This document shows, piece by piece, positions 40,030 to 49,475 of a stretch of DNA of 64,000 bases (positions are counted from its first letter, which is position 1; each line of letters begins with the position of its first letter). The DNA lies in the NCBI GenBank assembly GCA_964291415.2, contig OZ219920.1, forward strand, positions 224,001 to 288,000, written 5' to 3'. The DNA comes from Alphaproteobacteria bacterium (GTDB lineage Bacteria; Pseudomonadota; Alphaproteobacteria; SP197). The translations under genes were made by a program, and so were the position numbers. The notes under the pieces were generated by a model. It did no database searches, was not told the origin of the DNA, and saw only the letters and a program-made list of their open reading frames with translations.

Positions 40030-41166
40030 ATGATGACCGATCCGGAATTCACCATCGGCATCGAGGAGGAGTATCACCTCGTCGACGTGGCTACTGGCTC
40101 ACTCGCCCGGGATGTGCCCGAGACTCTGATCAGTGAATGTGTCGGCGAACTCGGCGAACAGGTGACGACGGAATTCATGCGTGCACAGGTCGAGATCGGC
40201 ACGAAGGTGTGTCGTCACATCGGTGAAGCGCGCGAGGAGCTCAAACGCCTGAGAGACGGTGTGGCGCGCATTGCCGGGCGCCATGGTCTGGCCCCTGTGG
40301 CCTGTTCGACGCACCCTTTCGGTGACTGGCGCGAGCAGGACTACACCCACAAGGAACGCTACGAGGGACTGGCGCGGGATCACCAGGCGGTGGCGCGCAG
40401 GCTGCTGATTTGCGGCATGCATGTGCACATCGGTATCGATGACGCGGAGACCCGCATCGACCTGATGAACCAGGCGAAGTACTTCCTGCCGCATCTTCTG
40501 TGCCTCACCACCTCGTCGCCCTTCTGGCAGGGGCGCGATACCGGTCTCAATTCCTACCGCCTCACCGTGTTCGACAGCCTGCCGCGCACAGGCCTTCCCG
40601 ACCGGCTGCAGAGCTGGTCCGAGTACGAACGCCTGGTCAGGGACATGGCGAGTTCCGGCCTCCTTGAAGACGGCACCAAGATATGGTGGGACCTGCGTCC
40701 CAGCGCGCGGTTCCCGACGCTGGAGATGCGCATCTGCGACGTCTGCCCCGACATCGAGGATGCTGTCGGTGTGGCGGCACTCTTCCAGTGCATTCTGCGC
40801 ATGCTCTACCGCCTGCGCCTGGCAAACCAGACGTGGCGCGAGTACTCCAACATCCTGGTCGAGGAGAACCGCTGGCTGGCCCAGCGTTTTGGCGTCAGGA
40901 GCGAACTGGTGGACTTCGGCAAGCGGCAGCTGGTTCCCTATGGTGAGCTCCTCGATGAACTGATCGGACTGGTGGGTGAGGACGCTGACGCGCTGGGGTG
41001 CCGCGCCGAGGTTGAACACACCCGCAACATCGTCGCCAGGGGAACATCGGCGGAGCGCCAGCGGTCGGTCTTCCGGCAGGCTGGCGGCGACGCCGGGGCC
41101 GACGAGGCTCTCGCAGCCGTTGTCGGAGATCTGCTGGAACAGACGATGGCGGGCACCGGCCCTTGA
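40030..41166 (+). CDS. ybdK: Carboxylate-amine ligase YbdK (GCS2 family)
   Basis: TIGIEEEY, CGMHVHIG, SSPFWQG, WWDLRPS, TLEMRICD, ENRW.A.RFG. Confidence 0.9.
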   Translation: MMTDPEFTIGIEEEYHLVDVATGSLARDVPETLISECVGELGEQVTTEFMRAQVEIGTKVCRHIGEAREELKRLRDGVARIAGRHGLAPVACSTHPFGDWREQDYTHKERYEGLARDHQAVARRLLICGMHVHIGIDDAETRIDLMNQAKYFLPHLLCLTTSSPFWQGRDTGLNSYRLTVFDSLPRTGLPDRLQSWSEYERLVRDMASSGLLEDGTKIWWDLRPSARFPTLEMRICDVCPDIEDAVGVAALFQCILRMLYRLRLANQTWREYSNILVEENRWLAQRFGVRSELVDFGKRQLVPYGELLDELIGLVGEDADALGCRAEVEHTRNIVARGTSAERQRSVFRQAGGDAGADEALAAVVGDLLEQTMAGTGP

Positions 41167-41201
41167 CGTTGCTGCCGGTCGGGGCCAAGAAGTAGGGTGA
41201 T

Positions 41202-41278
<77 letters not shown>

Positions 41279-41311
41279 CCTCATGACCGCCCTTTTTGAA
41301 AAGGAGGCGCG

Positions 41312-41611
41312 ATGACCGCCAGAATCTATCGTCCGGCCAAGACGGCCATGCAGTCGGGACGCGCCGGAACCCGCCGCTGGCTTCTCGAGTACGTTCCGTC
41401 TGCGGCGAGGCCGGTCGACTCCCTGACCGGCTGGACGGGTTCGTCGGACATGATGGCCGACCAGATCAGGCTGTGGTTCGAGACCCGTGAGGCGGCCGTG
41501 GCCTATGCAGAACGCCATGGCATCAGGTACAGCGTGATCGAACGCCGCGAGAGAAGGATCAAGCCGAAATCCTATGCCGAGAATTTCCGCTGGGAGAGAC
41601 CGGGCAACTGA
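41312..41611 (+). CDS. ETC complex I subunit (NDUFS4-like)
   Basis: ARIYRPAKTAMQSG, LTGWTGS.D, KSYAENF. Confidence 0.9.
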   Translation: MTARIYRPAKTAMQSGRAGTRRWLLEYVPSAARPVDSLTGWTGSSDMMADQIRLWFETREAAVAYAERHGIRYSVIERRERRIKPKSYAENFRWERPGN

Positions 41612-41676
41612 CGGCCTCGCATCGCACATGGTCAGCACCACAGGCGGGTCATGAAGGCGCCCGCTGCCAACATGAA

Positions 41677-41752
41677 GCGCCCTTAGCTCAGTGGATAGAG
41701 CAACGGCCTTCTAAGCCGTAGGTCCCAGGTTCGAATCCTGGAGGGCGCGCCA
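41677..41752 (+). tRNA. tRNA-Arg(TCT)
   Basis: GCGCCCTTAGCTCAGTGGATAGAGCAACGGCCTTCTAAGCCGTAGGTCCCAGGTTCGAATCCTGGAGGGCGCGCCA. Confidence 0.96.
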
Positions 41753-41790
41753 CACCTGCGTTTCAAGGGCAGCACGGGAGACAGGACATC

Positions 41791-43031
41791 ATGACGACGA
41801 CACGCATTTCGGCGGCCGAGGCGGTGCAGCGCGGCGCCATGGAAGGCAGCGAAGCGCCCGTCGATCTCGACAAGGTCCGGCGCGACCGCCTTGCCAATGT
41901 TCACCGGCAGCTCGCCCGCAGCGATCTCGCCGGGGTCCTGCTCTTCGATCAGCTCAACGTGCGGTACGCCATCGATGCGACCAACATGCAGGTGTGGTGC
42001 CTGCACAACGAGGTCCGCTACTGCTTCGTTGCGACGGACGGACCGGTCATCTCTTCGAGTTCGGCCACGGCGACCGTCTCACCCGAGGGTATCCGGGAAT
42101 CAGCGAGCGGCGGCCGGCCCGGGCTGCGACGTACTTCTCATCCGGTAACCGCGCGCATGAACACGCCCGCGAGTTCGCCCGGGAGATCGCGGATGTCGTG
42201 CGGGAGCACGGGGCCGGCAACCGGCGGATCGGCATCGATCGCATGGGCGCCGATCTCTACCACGCCCTGGAAAACGAGAATCTCGACCTTCAGGACGGCT
42301 TCGCGCTGATGGAGGAGGCGCGCAAGATCAAGACGCCCGAAGAGATCGTCCTGATGCGCTGCGCCATCGAGGCGTCCGAGAAGGGGATCCGGGCGATGCG
42401 CGAGAACCTGCGGCCCGGCATCACCGAGAATGCCCTGTGGGCGAAACTTCACGAAGCCAACATTGCCGAAGGGGGCGAGTGGATCGAAACCCGCCTGCTG
42501 TCGTCGGGGCCGCGCACCAACCCCTGGATGCAGGAGTGCTCCATGAGGGTGATCGAGAAGGGCGACATGGTGAGCTTCGACACCGACCTCGTGGGACCCT
42601 ACGGCTACTGTTCGGACATCTCGCGGGCGTGGATCTGCGATGCCCGTCCCACCAATGAACAGCAACGGCTCTACATGGCTGCCATGGAGCAGCTCGAGCA
42701 CAACAAGGCGTTGCTGAAACCGGGATTGTCGTTCCGCGAATGGGCCGAGAAGGCGTGGCCCATCCCCGACGAGTTCCTGGCCAGCCGGTACGGCATCATC
42801 GCCCACGGAGTGGGCCTGGTCGACGAGTATCCGGCGATTGCCCACCGGGAGGATTTCGTTGAGCGGGGCTACGACGGCATCATCCACCCGGGCATGGTGC
42901 TGTGCGTCGAATCACTGATCGGCACCGAGGGCGGGCGCGAGGCGGTCAAGCTCGAACAGCAGCTGTTGGTCACGCAGACCGGATACGAACGCCTGGACAC
43001 CTATCCCATGGATGAGACCTGGGTTTCCTGA
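41791..43031 (+). pseudogene. M24 metallopeptidase-fold enzyme, DddP (DMSP lyase)-like, split by a -1 frameshift (may be a sequencing error)
   Basis: LFDQLNVRYAIDATNMQVW joins LFEFG...GGEWIETRLLSSGPRTNPW...FDTDLVGPYG..SDISR...HGVGL.DE...LCVES..KLE if one C is added near 42051. Confidence 0.75.
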
Positions 43032-43059
43032 AGCCCTGTGGCGTTCCGGAGGTGACGAC

Positions 43060-43911
43060 ATGCATGACCTGACCCCGCTTCACGACGAGTTCGGCGTCAG
43101 GCTCGAGTGCTCCTCGATCGGGGCGCTTGACATTGCCGGGCTCAGACAGCTGATCGACCGCTACTCCTTCATCCACGTACCCGGCGTCGCCAGCGGTGAC
43201 GAGGCTCATCTCGCGCTCACCCGCAGTCTTGGCGAGCCTGAGGAGGAACACGTCCGCCTGGGCCGGGAAGGCAAGGTTGCGTGGTTCGGCACCGTCGGCA
43301 ATGTGCGCGAGGACGGTACGGTGCGCCGCAATGACCACAAGGAGACGCTCTACCAGACCGGCAACAACATGTGGCACTCGGATTCGTCGTTCCGTGCAGT
43401 GCCGAGCTTCGTGTCGATCACGTGTGCCTACGAGACGCCCGACGAGGGTGGTGAAACGCTCTTTGCCAGCCAGCGCAGCGCCTTTGGGCGTCTCGATGCG
43501 GCAGAGCAGGAACGGCTTGAACCTCTCGTCGCCATCCATGACTACGTGTATTCACGATCCAAGGTCCATCCCGACGCCGTGACGGCCACCCATGCCGCCT
43601 CGCTGCCACCGGTGCGCCAGCGTCTCGTGCGCCGCAATCCGGAAACCGGCTCGAAGAATCTCTACATTGGCTCCCATGCCCGCGAGGTGGAGGGCTGGTC
43701 CTTCGAGAAGGGCAGGGAACTGCTCGACGGCCTGCTCGAGGAGACGACGGCGGACGAGCATGTGCTCGCCCACCGCTGGCGGCCCGGAGATCTCGTGATC
43801 TGGGACAACCGCTGCCTGCTCCATCGGGGCGCGGGGTACGACGCCGACCGCTACCGGCGTTACATGCGCCAGACACGTGTGAAGGGGACCGGTTCCACCC
43901 TCGAGGAGTGA
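43060..43911 (+). CDS. TauD/TfdA family Fe(II)/2-oxoglutarate dioxygenase
   Basis: NNMWHSDSSF (HxD), GGETLFA, LYIGSHA, WDNRCLLHR. Confidence 0.9.
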   Translation: MHDLTPLHDEFGVRLECSSIGALDIAGLRQLIDRYSFIHVPGVASGDEAHLALTRSLGEPEEEHVRLGREGKVAWFGTVGNVREDGTVRRNDHKETLYQTGNNMWHSDSSFRAVPSFVSITCAYETPDEGGETLFASQRSAFGRLDAAEQERLEPLVAIHDYVYSRSKVHPDAVTATHAASLPPVRQRLVRRNPETGSKNLYIGSHAREVEGWSFEKGRELLDGLLEETTADEHVLAHRWRPGDLVIWDNRCLLHRGAGYDADRYRRYMRQTRVKGTGSTLEE

Positions 43912-43927
43912 TCGCGCATGCCGGTTG

Positions 43928-45094
43928 TCAGGACGCCTTGCTGCGGCGCTCGAACGCCGCATCGAGATCGGCAATGAGATCGTCGGCGTCCTCCAGTCCG
44001 GCGTGGATCCTCAGCAGCTGGCCCTCTGCGGTCCAGGGGACGGCGGTGCGTGACGACGAGGGGTCGACGGGGACCAGGAGACTCTCGTAGCCGCCCCACG
44101 ACCAGCCCATTCCGAAGAGCGTGAGGCCGTCCACCATGGCGGCAAGGGCCTCCCGGCTGGTGGGCGCCAGGAGAACGCCGAAGAGACCGCTCGCACCGGT
44201 AAAGTCACGTTTCCACAGCGCATGGCCGGGGTCTGAATCAAGGCCGGGGTGGAGCACACGGACCACGTCAGGGTGGCGACGCAGCCAGGTCGCCAGACGA
44301 AGGCCGGTCTCATGATGGCGCCGGAGCCTGACGGCGATGGTGCGGATGCCGCGCTGAGCGAGATAGGCGTCATCAGGGCCGATGCAGCTGCCGAGCTCCT
44401 GGAAGGTGTGCCAGACGCGCTCACACCAGTCGCCCCTGGCCGCGACGAGACCGCACATGGCGTCGGAATGGCCGACGATGTACTTGGTTCCCGCCTGCAC
44501 GACGATGTCGACTCCGAGATCGAAGGGCTTGAGGAAGTACCCTCCCGACCACGTGTTGTCGTTGATGACCACGGCGCCGTGCTCGTGGGCAATGGCGGCA
44601 ATGGCAGGAAGGTCCTGGACCTCGAAGGTGAGGGATCCCGGACTTTCCGTGTAGACGGCCCTGGTGTTGGGCTGCATTAGGGCCGCAATGTCCTCTCCGG
44701 CCGCAGGATCGTAATAGCTCGTCTCGACGCCGAAGGAGCGCAGAATGCCGTCGGCGAACGTCCGCGTGGGAAGATAGGCGGAATCGGCGACGAGCAGGTG
44801 ATCCCCCGATTCCAGGCAGGCAAGCAGCGCCGTCACGATGGCCGCCTTGCCCGATCCTGTGGCCACCGCCATGTCCGCGCCCTCGAGTGCGGCATAGGCG
44901 TCCTGGAGCGAGTGGGTGGTTGGCGTGCCGATGCGCCCGTAGACCACCTGACGCGGATCCCTGCCGCGGCCTTTCTGCAAGGCTTCCAGGGTCGGGAAGA
45001 GAACGGTGGAAGCGTGGTAGACCGGCGGATTGACGATGCCGTGATTGTTGTGCGGATCACGTCCGGCGGTCACCACGCGGGTGTCGTCCTTCAT
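43928..45094 (-). CDS. metC: Cystathionine beta-lyase
   Basis: VNPPVYHASTVLF, YGR.GTPT, ESPGSLTFE, DNTW, TKYIVGHSD, WGGYESL. Confidence 0.92.
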   Translation of the reverse strand: MKDDTRVVTAGRDPHNNHGIVNPPVYHASTVLFPTLEALQKGRGRDPRQVVYGRIGTPTTHSLQDAYAALEGADMAVATGSGKAAIVTALLACLESGDHLLVADSAYLPTRTFADGILRSFGVETSYYDPAAGEDIAALMQPNTRAVYTESPGSLTFEVQDLPAIAAIAHEHGAVVINDNTWSGGYFLKPFDLGVDIVVQAGTKYIVGHSDAMCGLVAARGDWCERVWHTFQELGSCIGPDDAYLAQRGIRTIAVRLRRHHETGLRLATWLRRHPDVVRVLHPGLDSDPGHALWKRDFTGASGLFGVLLAPTSREALAAMVDGLTLFGMGWSWGGYESLLVPVDPSSSRTAVPWTAEGQLLRIHAGLEDADDLIADLDAAFERRSKAS

Positions 45095-45708
45095 CCTGCT
45101 CTTTCCTCTCCGCCCTGCGGATTGAAGGCCTCGGCCGATTGCGGGAGATCGAAGGCGCCCCTGAAATGGGAGTCGGGAATGAGCCAGGCCTCTTCGCGCC
45201 GAACCACCCTGAACCCGGCCTTCTGGTACATGACGAGAGCCCGGGGATGATCCCGGACGTTGGTGTCGACCAGTGCCAGATCGACGCCTGGCCGCCACAT
45301 GGCGTCGATGACATGGTCGAGAAAGTAACCTCCGTAGCCCTTGCCCTGGTACTCCGGCAGGAATCCGAAGAGCGCCAGCTCACTGGTTCCAGGCCGGCGA
45401 AAATCAAGTTCGGCGAAGCCCGCCGGTACGCCGCCGACATGGCAGACGATGATCTCGACGGCCGGATGATGGATCACGTCGAGGAGGCGGTCTTGCGGCC
45501 ACACGAGGCGGTCGGTCCAGTTCCAGTCGCGCCCGACATTGCGATAGAGCCACAGGTAGAACGATCGCGGCGGCCGTTCCGCGCGCAGCAACGCCACCTT
45601 TCCGACAGGCGCCGGACGCGGCGGTCTTGCCGGTCTCGCGGACATTTCGAGGTAGGTGATCGTCGTGGGCAGCGTGCGCAGCGCGTCCGCCGGAAAGGCT
45701 GTGGTCAC
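45091..45708 (-). CDS. GNAT family N-acetyltransferase
   Basis: TYLEM, FGFLPEYQGKGYG, DHPRAL..YQKAGF; 4-bp overlaps at both ends. Confidence 0.85.
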   Translation of the reverse strand: MTTAFPADALRTLPTTITYLEMSARPARPPRPAPVGKVALLRAERPPRSFYLWLYRNVGRDWNWTDRLVWPQDRLLDVIHHPAVEIIVCHVGGVPAGFAELDFRRPGTSELALFGFLPEYQGKGYGGYFLDHVIDAMWRPGVDLALVDTNVRDHPRALVMYQKAGFRVVRREEAWLIPDSHFRGAFDLPQSAEAFNPQGGEERAG

Positions 45709-46553
45709 AGGTCCCCCGTGGCTACCGGGGTGTCGTCAGCGCCGCCCCACTCGGTCCAGGAACCGTCATAGACGGCAGCATCCGGGAACTCGGCAAGATC
45801 GAGAGCAAGGGCGAGGAAACACGCTGAAATGCCCGAACCGCAGGTGGTGATCACCGGTCGCGAAGGGTCGATCCCGGCATCGTGGAAGGCGGCAGCGATC
45901 GCCTCGTTGTCGACGATCGTGCCGTTCTGGTGGAGCAGCGTCGTGTAGGGGAGGTTGCGGCTCCCCGGGATATGCCCGCTCTTCAGACCCGGGCGAAACT
46001 CCGGCTCCTCCCCGGCAAAGCGGCCACGGCCGCGGGCATCGACAACCTGGGCGCGGCCGTTTGCGAGATTTGCCTTCATCTGTCCGATGTCGCGCACCAG
46101 GAATGTGTTGAAGCGTGGCGTGAAGTGCCGTTCACGGGGAATCACCGGTTCGTCGTCGACCGGCCGGCCTTCGGCCATCCACTTCGCGAGTCCTCCATCG
46201 AGGACCTGGATGTCATCGTGGCCGAAGACCCGGAACATCCACCATACCCGGGCTGCCGCCATCATGTTGCCGCCGTCGTAGACCACGATCCGGACTCCGT
46301 CGCCCAGGCCCAGCGCCCGTACACGGCTGGAGAACTTCTCGGGCCGGGGCAGCATGTGGGGAAGGTCCGTCGACTCGTCGCTGATGTCGTCGATGTCGAA
46401 GAACACGGCCCCGGCGATGTGCCTCTCGCGGTAGTCCGAAAGGGCGTCGCGGTTTTCGACGGGGAGATACCACGAGGCATCCACGAGACGCACATCCGGC
46501 GCGTCGAGCAGTCCGGCAAGGGTTTCGGTGTCAACAAGCCAGCGGTCGCGCAT
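45705..46553 (-). CDS. sseA: 3-mercaptopyruvate sulfurtransferase
   Basis: Tandem rhodanese: DASWY, PHMLP, ARVWW, GHIPGS, CGSGISA, YDGSWTEW. Confidence 0.93.
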   Translation of the reverse strand: MRDRWLVDTETLAGLLDAPDVRLVDASWYLPVENRDALSDYRERHIAGAVFFDIDDISDESTDLPHMLPRPEKFSSRVRALGLGDGVRIVVYDGGNMMAAARVWWMFRVFGHDDIQVLDGGLAKWMAEGRPVDDEPVIPRERHFTPRFNTFLVRDIGQMKANLANGRAQVVDARGRGRFAGEEPEFRPGLKSGHIPGSRNLPYTTLLHQNGTIVDNEAIAAAFHDAGIDPSRPVITTCGSGISACFLALALDLAEFPDAAVYDGSWTEWGGADDTPVATGDL

Positions 46554-46569
46554 CGCTCATCGCTTTCCT

Positions 46570-47277
46570 TCAGGTGGTGAAGATCACGTTGATGCGGCGG
46601 TTGTGCCGGCCCTTGTTCTCGATCTTCGAGACAGCCATGCCGGCAAGTTCGCCGGTCCGGGCGACATGAGTGCCGCCACAGGGCTGCAGGTCGACACCCT
46701 CGATCTCCAGCAGCCTGACCATGCCGGCGCCGCGCGGGGGCCTGATGCTCATGGTGCGGATGAGTTCGGGTCTGCGATCGAGTTCTTCCTCGCTGATCCA
46801 GCGCGGCGTGACCGGCAGGTCGGCTGCCGCCATCTCCGCCAGCCTGGCGGTGATGTCATCCCTGGTCATGTCCGGCTGCGGCCAGTTGAGATCGATGCGG
46901 CTCTTCGCGGCGCCGACGGAAGCCCCGGTGATCTCCGCATCGACGATGGCGCACAACAGATGGAGTGTGGTGTGCATGCGCATGTGGCGGTATCGCCGGT
47001 CCCAGTCGATGTGGGCAGTCACGGGCGTGCCGGGTGCCGGAAGCGGGTGACCGGATTCGGGAATGTGGACGACATCGTCCATGGCCTTGCCCTTCACCGT
47101 GTCGGCAATGGGGACCAAGGAGCCGTCGTCGAACTCGAGGTGGCCGGAGTCTCCAGGCTGCCCGCCGCCGTTGGGATAGAAGACCGTGCTGTCGAGGCGC
47201 AGACGTCCTCCTTCGGTGGACGTCACCCTCGCCTGGCAGGACGCACGGTAGGCGTCGTCGAGATACAGGCGTTCCAT
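46570..47277 (-). CDS. alaX: Free-standing alanyl-tRNA editing protein (AlaX)
   Basis: FYPNGGGQPGD, RMHTTLHLL (HxxxH), QPCGGTHV (CxxxH). Confidence 0.9.
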   Translation of the reverse strand: MERLYLDDAYRASCQARVTSTEGGRLRLDSTVFYPNGGGQPGDSGHLEFDDGSLVPIADTVKGKAMDDVVHIPESGHPLPAPGTPVTAHIDWDRRYRHMRMHTTLHLLCAIVDAEITGASVGAAKSRIDLNWPQPDMTRDDITARLAEMAAADLPVTPRWISEEELDRRPELIRTMSIRPPRGAGMVRLLEIEGVDLQPCGGTHVARTGELAGMAVSKIENKGRHNRRINVIFTT

Positions 47278-47278
47278 G

Positions 47279-48280
47279 TCATGTCATCCAGGGTGGGGGA
47301 GGCAGATTGCGCTCCTTCAGGAACTCGGGGTTGAAGATCTTGCTCTGGTAGCGTGCTCCGTAGTCACACAGAAGGGTGACGATGGTGTGGCCGGGACCGA
47401 GTTCCCGGGCGATCTTCATGGCGCCGGCAACGTTGATGCCCGTGGAACCGCCCAGACACAGGCCCTCTTCGATCAACAGGTCGTAGATGACCTCGAGCAT
47501 CTCGACATCGCTGACCTGGACGGACATGTCGATCGGTGCACCCTCGAGGTTCCGTGTCACCCGGCCCTGTCCGATGCCTTCCGAGATCGAACTTCCCTCC
47601 GACGTGAGTTCATCCTTCGTGACCCAGTTGTGCATGCACGAGCCAAAGGGATCGGTGAGGCCGATGACGATGTCGGGGTTGCGTTCCTTGAGGAAGATGC
47701 CGACTCCGGCGATGGTGCCTCCCGTGCCGATAGAGGATGCAAAGGCGTCCACCTTGCCAGCGGTCTGCTCCCAGATCTCGGGCCCGGTGCTCTCGATGTG
47801 AGCCTGCCTGTTGGCGACATTGTCGAACTGGTTGGCCCACACGGCGCCGCGGGGTTCGCTCGCCGCCTTCTCGCGGGCGATTCTCTCGGATGTGCGGATG
47901 TAATTGGCGGGATCTCGATAGGGTTTGGCCGGTGTCAGGTGAAGGTCGGCGCCCAGTGATCTGAGGGCGTCCTTCTTTTCCTTGCTCTGGGTCTCCGGCA
48001 TGACGATCACCGAGCGGTAGCCCAGGGCGTTGCCGACGGTACACAGGCCAATACCCGTGTTGCCGGCCGTGCCTTCGACGATGGTACCTCCCGGTCCCAG
48101 TTCGCCCGTTCTTTCGGCTTGCCTGATGATCCAAAGTGCCGCCCGGTCCTTGACCGACTGCCCGGGATTGAGGAACTCGCACTTGCCGAGAATCTCGCAT
48201 CCCGTCTTTTTCGAGGGTCCCGCAAGACGCAGCAGCGGTGTGCCACCGACCAGGGAAACAAGGCTCTCGTGGGTTGTCAT
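47279..48280 (-). CDS. cysK: Cysteine synthase (O-acetylserine sulfhydrylase family)
   Basis: KCEFLNPGQSVKDR, EGTAGNTGIG, NQFDN, GTGGT, EGIGQ. Confidence 0.9.
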   Translation of the reverse strand: MTTHESLVSLVGGTPLLRLAGPSKKTGCEILGKCEFLNPGQSVKDRAALWIIRQAERTGELGPGGTIVEGTAGNTGIGLCTVGNALGYRSVIVMPETQSKEKKDALRSLGADLHLTPAKPYRDPANYIRTSERIAREKAASEPRGAVWANQFDNVANRQAHIESTGPEIWEQTAGKVDAFASSIGTGGTIAGVGIFLKERNPDIVIGLTDPFGSCMHNWVTKDELTSEGSSISEGIGQGRVTRNLEGAPIDMSVQVSDVEMLEVIYDLLIEEGLCLGGSTGINVAGAMKIARELGPGHTIVTLLCDYGARYQSKIFNPEFLKERNLPPPPWMT

Positions 48281-48717
48281 GTGGCAATCCGTGACATGGA
48301 TGGCAGCCTCCCTGGCCTGGAACCGGCGCACTCTAGGAAAGCAGAGCATGCCGATCAAGGACAGCGGATCCCGCGCCACTCGTTCAGGACGGCCCGGTCC
48401 GCATCCGTACGTTATCCGGAACAGCGCGGCGCATCGTCGTTGAGGGGGACGGACACGTCGGGGATCCCGAATGCCGGTCACGCCGCTGCGAACTCCTCTA
48501 GGGGTGTATCCCGATCACAGTCCGTCGTCTGACGGAGATTGCGAACCGTCTCGTTTCCCAAGTCGGGTCTCCTGCATCGATCAAGTGAGTGTGTGGCTGG
48601 TTCTCCAACCGAGAGTCGTTGAATGGGCTCCTGAACCTTGAGTTCCACTACGCAGAAAGGAGTGATGCTCCAGCGGCAAGTATGGAAGTCATGCTGTTTT
48701 ACGTATGATTTCTCTCC

Positions 48718-48981
48718 ATGAAACTCGAGCATGACACCGTCAAGAGCGTCGCAAACCGCAGCAAACACGGCATTGACTTTGATGAAGCCCAAGCCCTCTG
48801 GGACGACCCTTACCTCATCGAAGCCCCGGCAAACGTGACAGATGAGCCGCGCTATCTGGCTGTCGGCATGATCGGCGCCAGGCACTGGACGGCGGTTTAC
48901 ACATATCGGAACGAGCGGGTGCAAATCATTTCCGTGCGTCGCTCTCGCAAGCAGGAGATAGACCACTATGAAGGCGCGTGA
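48718..48981 (+). CDS. brnT: BrnT family toxin
   Basis: KSVANRSKHGIDF.EA, EPRY, YTYR, IISVRR. Confidence 0.85.
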   Translation: MKLEHDTVKSVANRSKHGIDFDEAQALWDDPYLIEAPANVTDEPRYLAVGMIGARHWTAVYTYRNERVQIISVRRSRKQEIDHYEGA

Positions 48982-49183
48982 ATTCGACGAGAGGTTCGAT
49001 GCGGGCGAAGACATGTCGGCCGATGTCGACTGGTCCAGGGCCCGCCGGCTGAATGTTGAGACCAGACGGGTCAATGTGGACTTTCCGGCGTGGGTTGTCT
49101 CGGGTCTGGACCGGCAGGCTCGAATACTGGGCATCACCCGCCAGGCGCTGATCAAGATGTGGATCGCCGACCGTCTGCAATGA
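48968..49183 (+). CDS. brnA: BrnA/CopG-like antitoxin
   Basis: MKAREFDERFDAGED...RVNVDFPAW...GITRQALIK; overlaps the toxin gene. Confidence 0.82.
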   Translation: MKAREFDERFDAGEDMSADVDWSRARRLNVETRRVNVDFPAWVVSGLDRQARILGITRQALIKMWIADRLQ

Positions 49184-49475
49184 ACCCGTCTTGGAGACTG
49201 CGTGACGGGATACGTCGTTGAACACGCCGTCGGGCGGATCTTGCAAGCCTCTCCGGTGAGCAACACCGCGAAGGTGGGCGGCAAGGCCGGCGCCTGGTTC
49301 CGGAATGCCGGAGGCTTGCTGATTGACGATCCGTCGCAAGGGCGATGAGGTCCTGACTCCGGCACGGAGTCGGGCGCCTCCTTGTCCGATGCCGTCGGGG
49401 GTGTGTATCCTGCGGCTTGACGCCCCGGCTCGATCGGACGATGCCGGCGGCAGGCAAACGCGGGAGCGCCAGACG

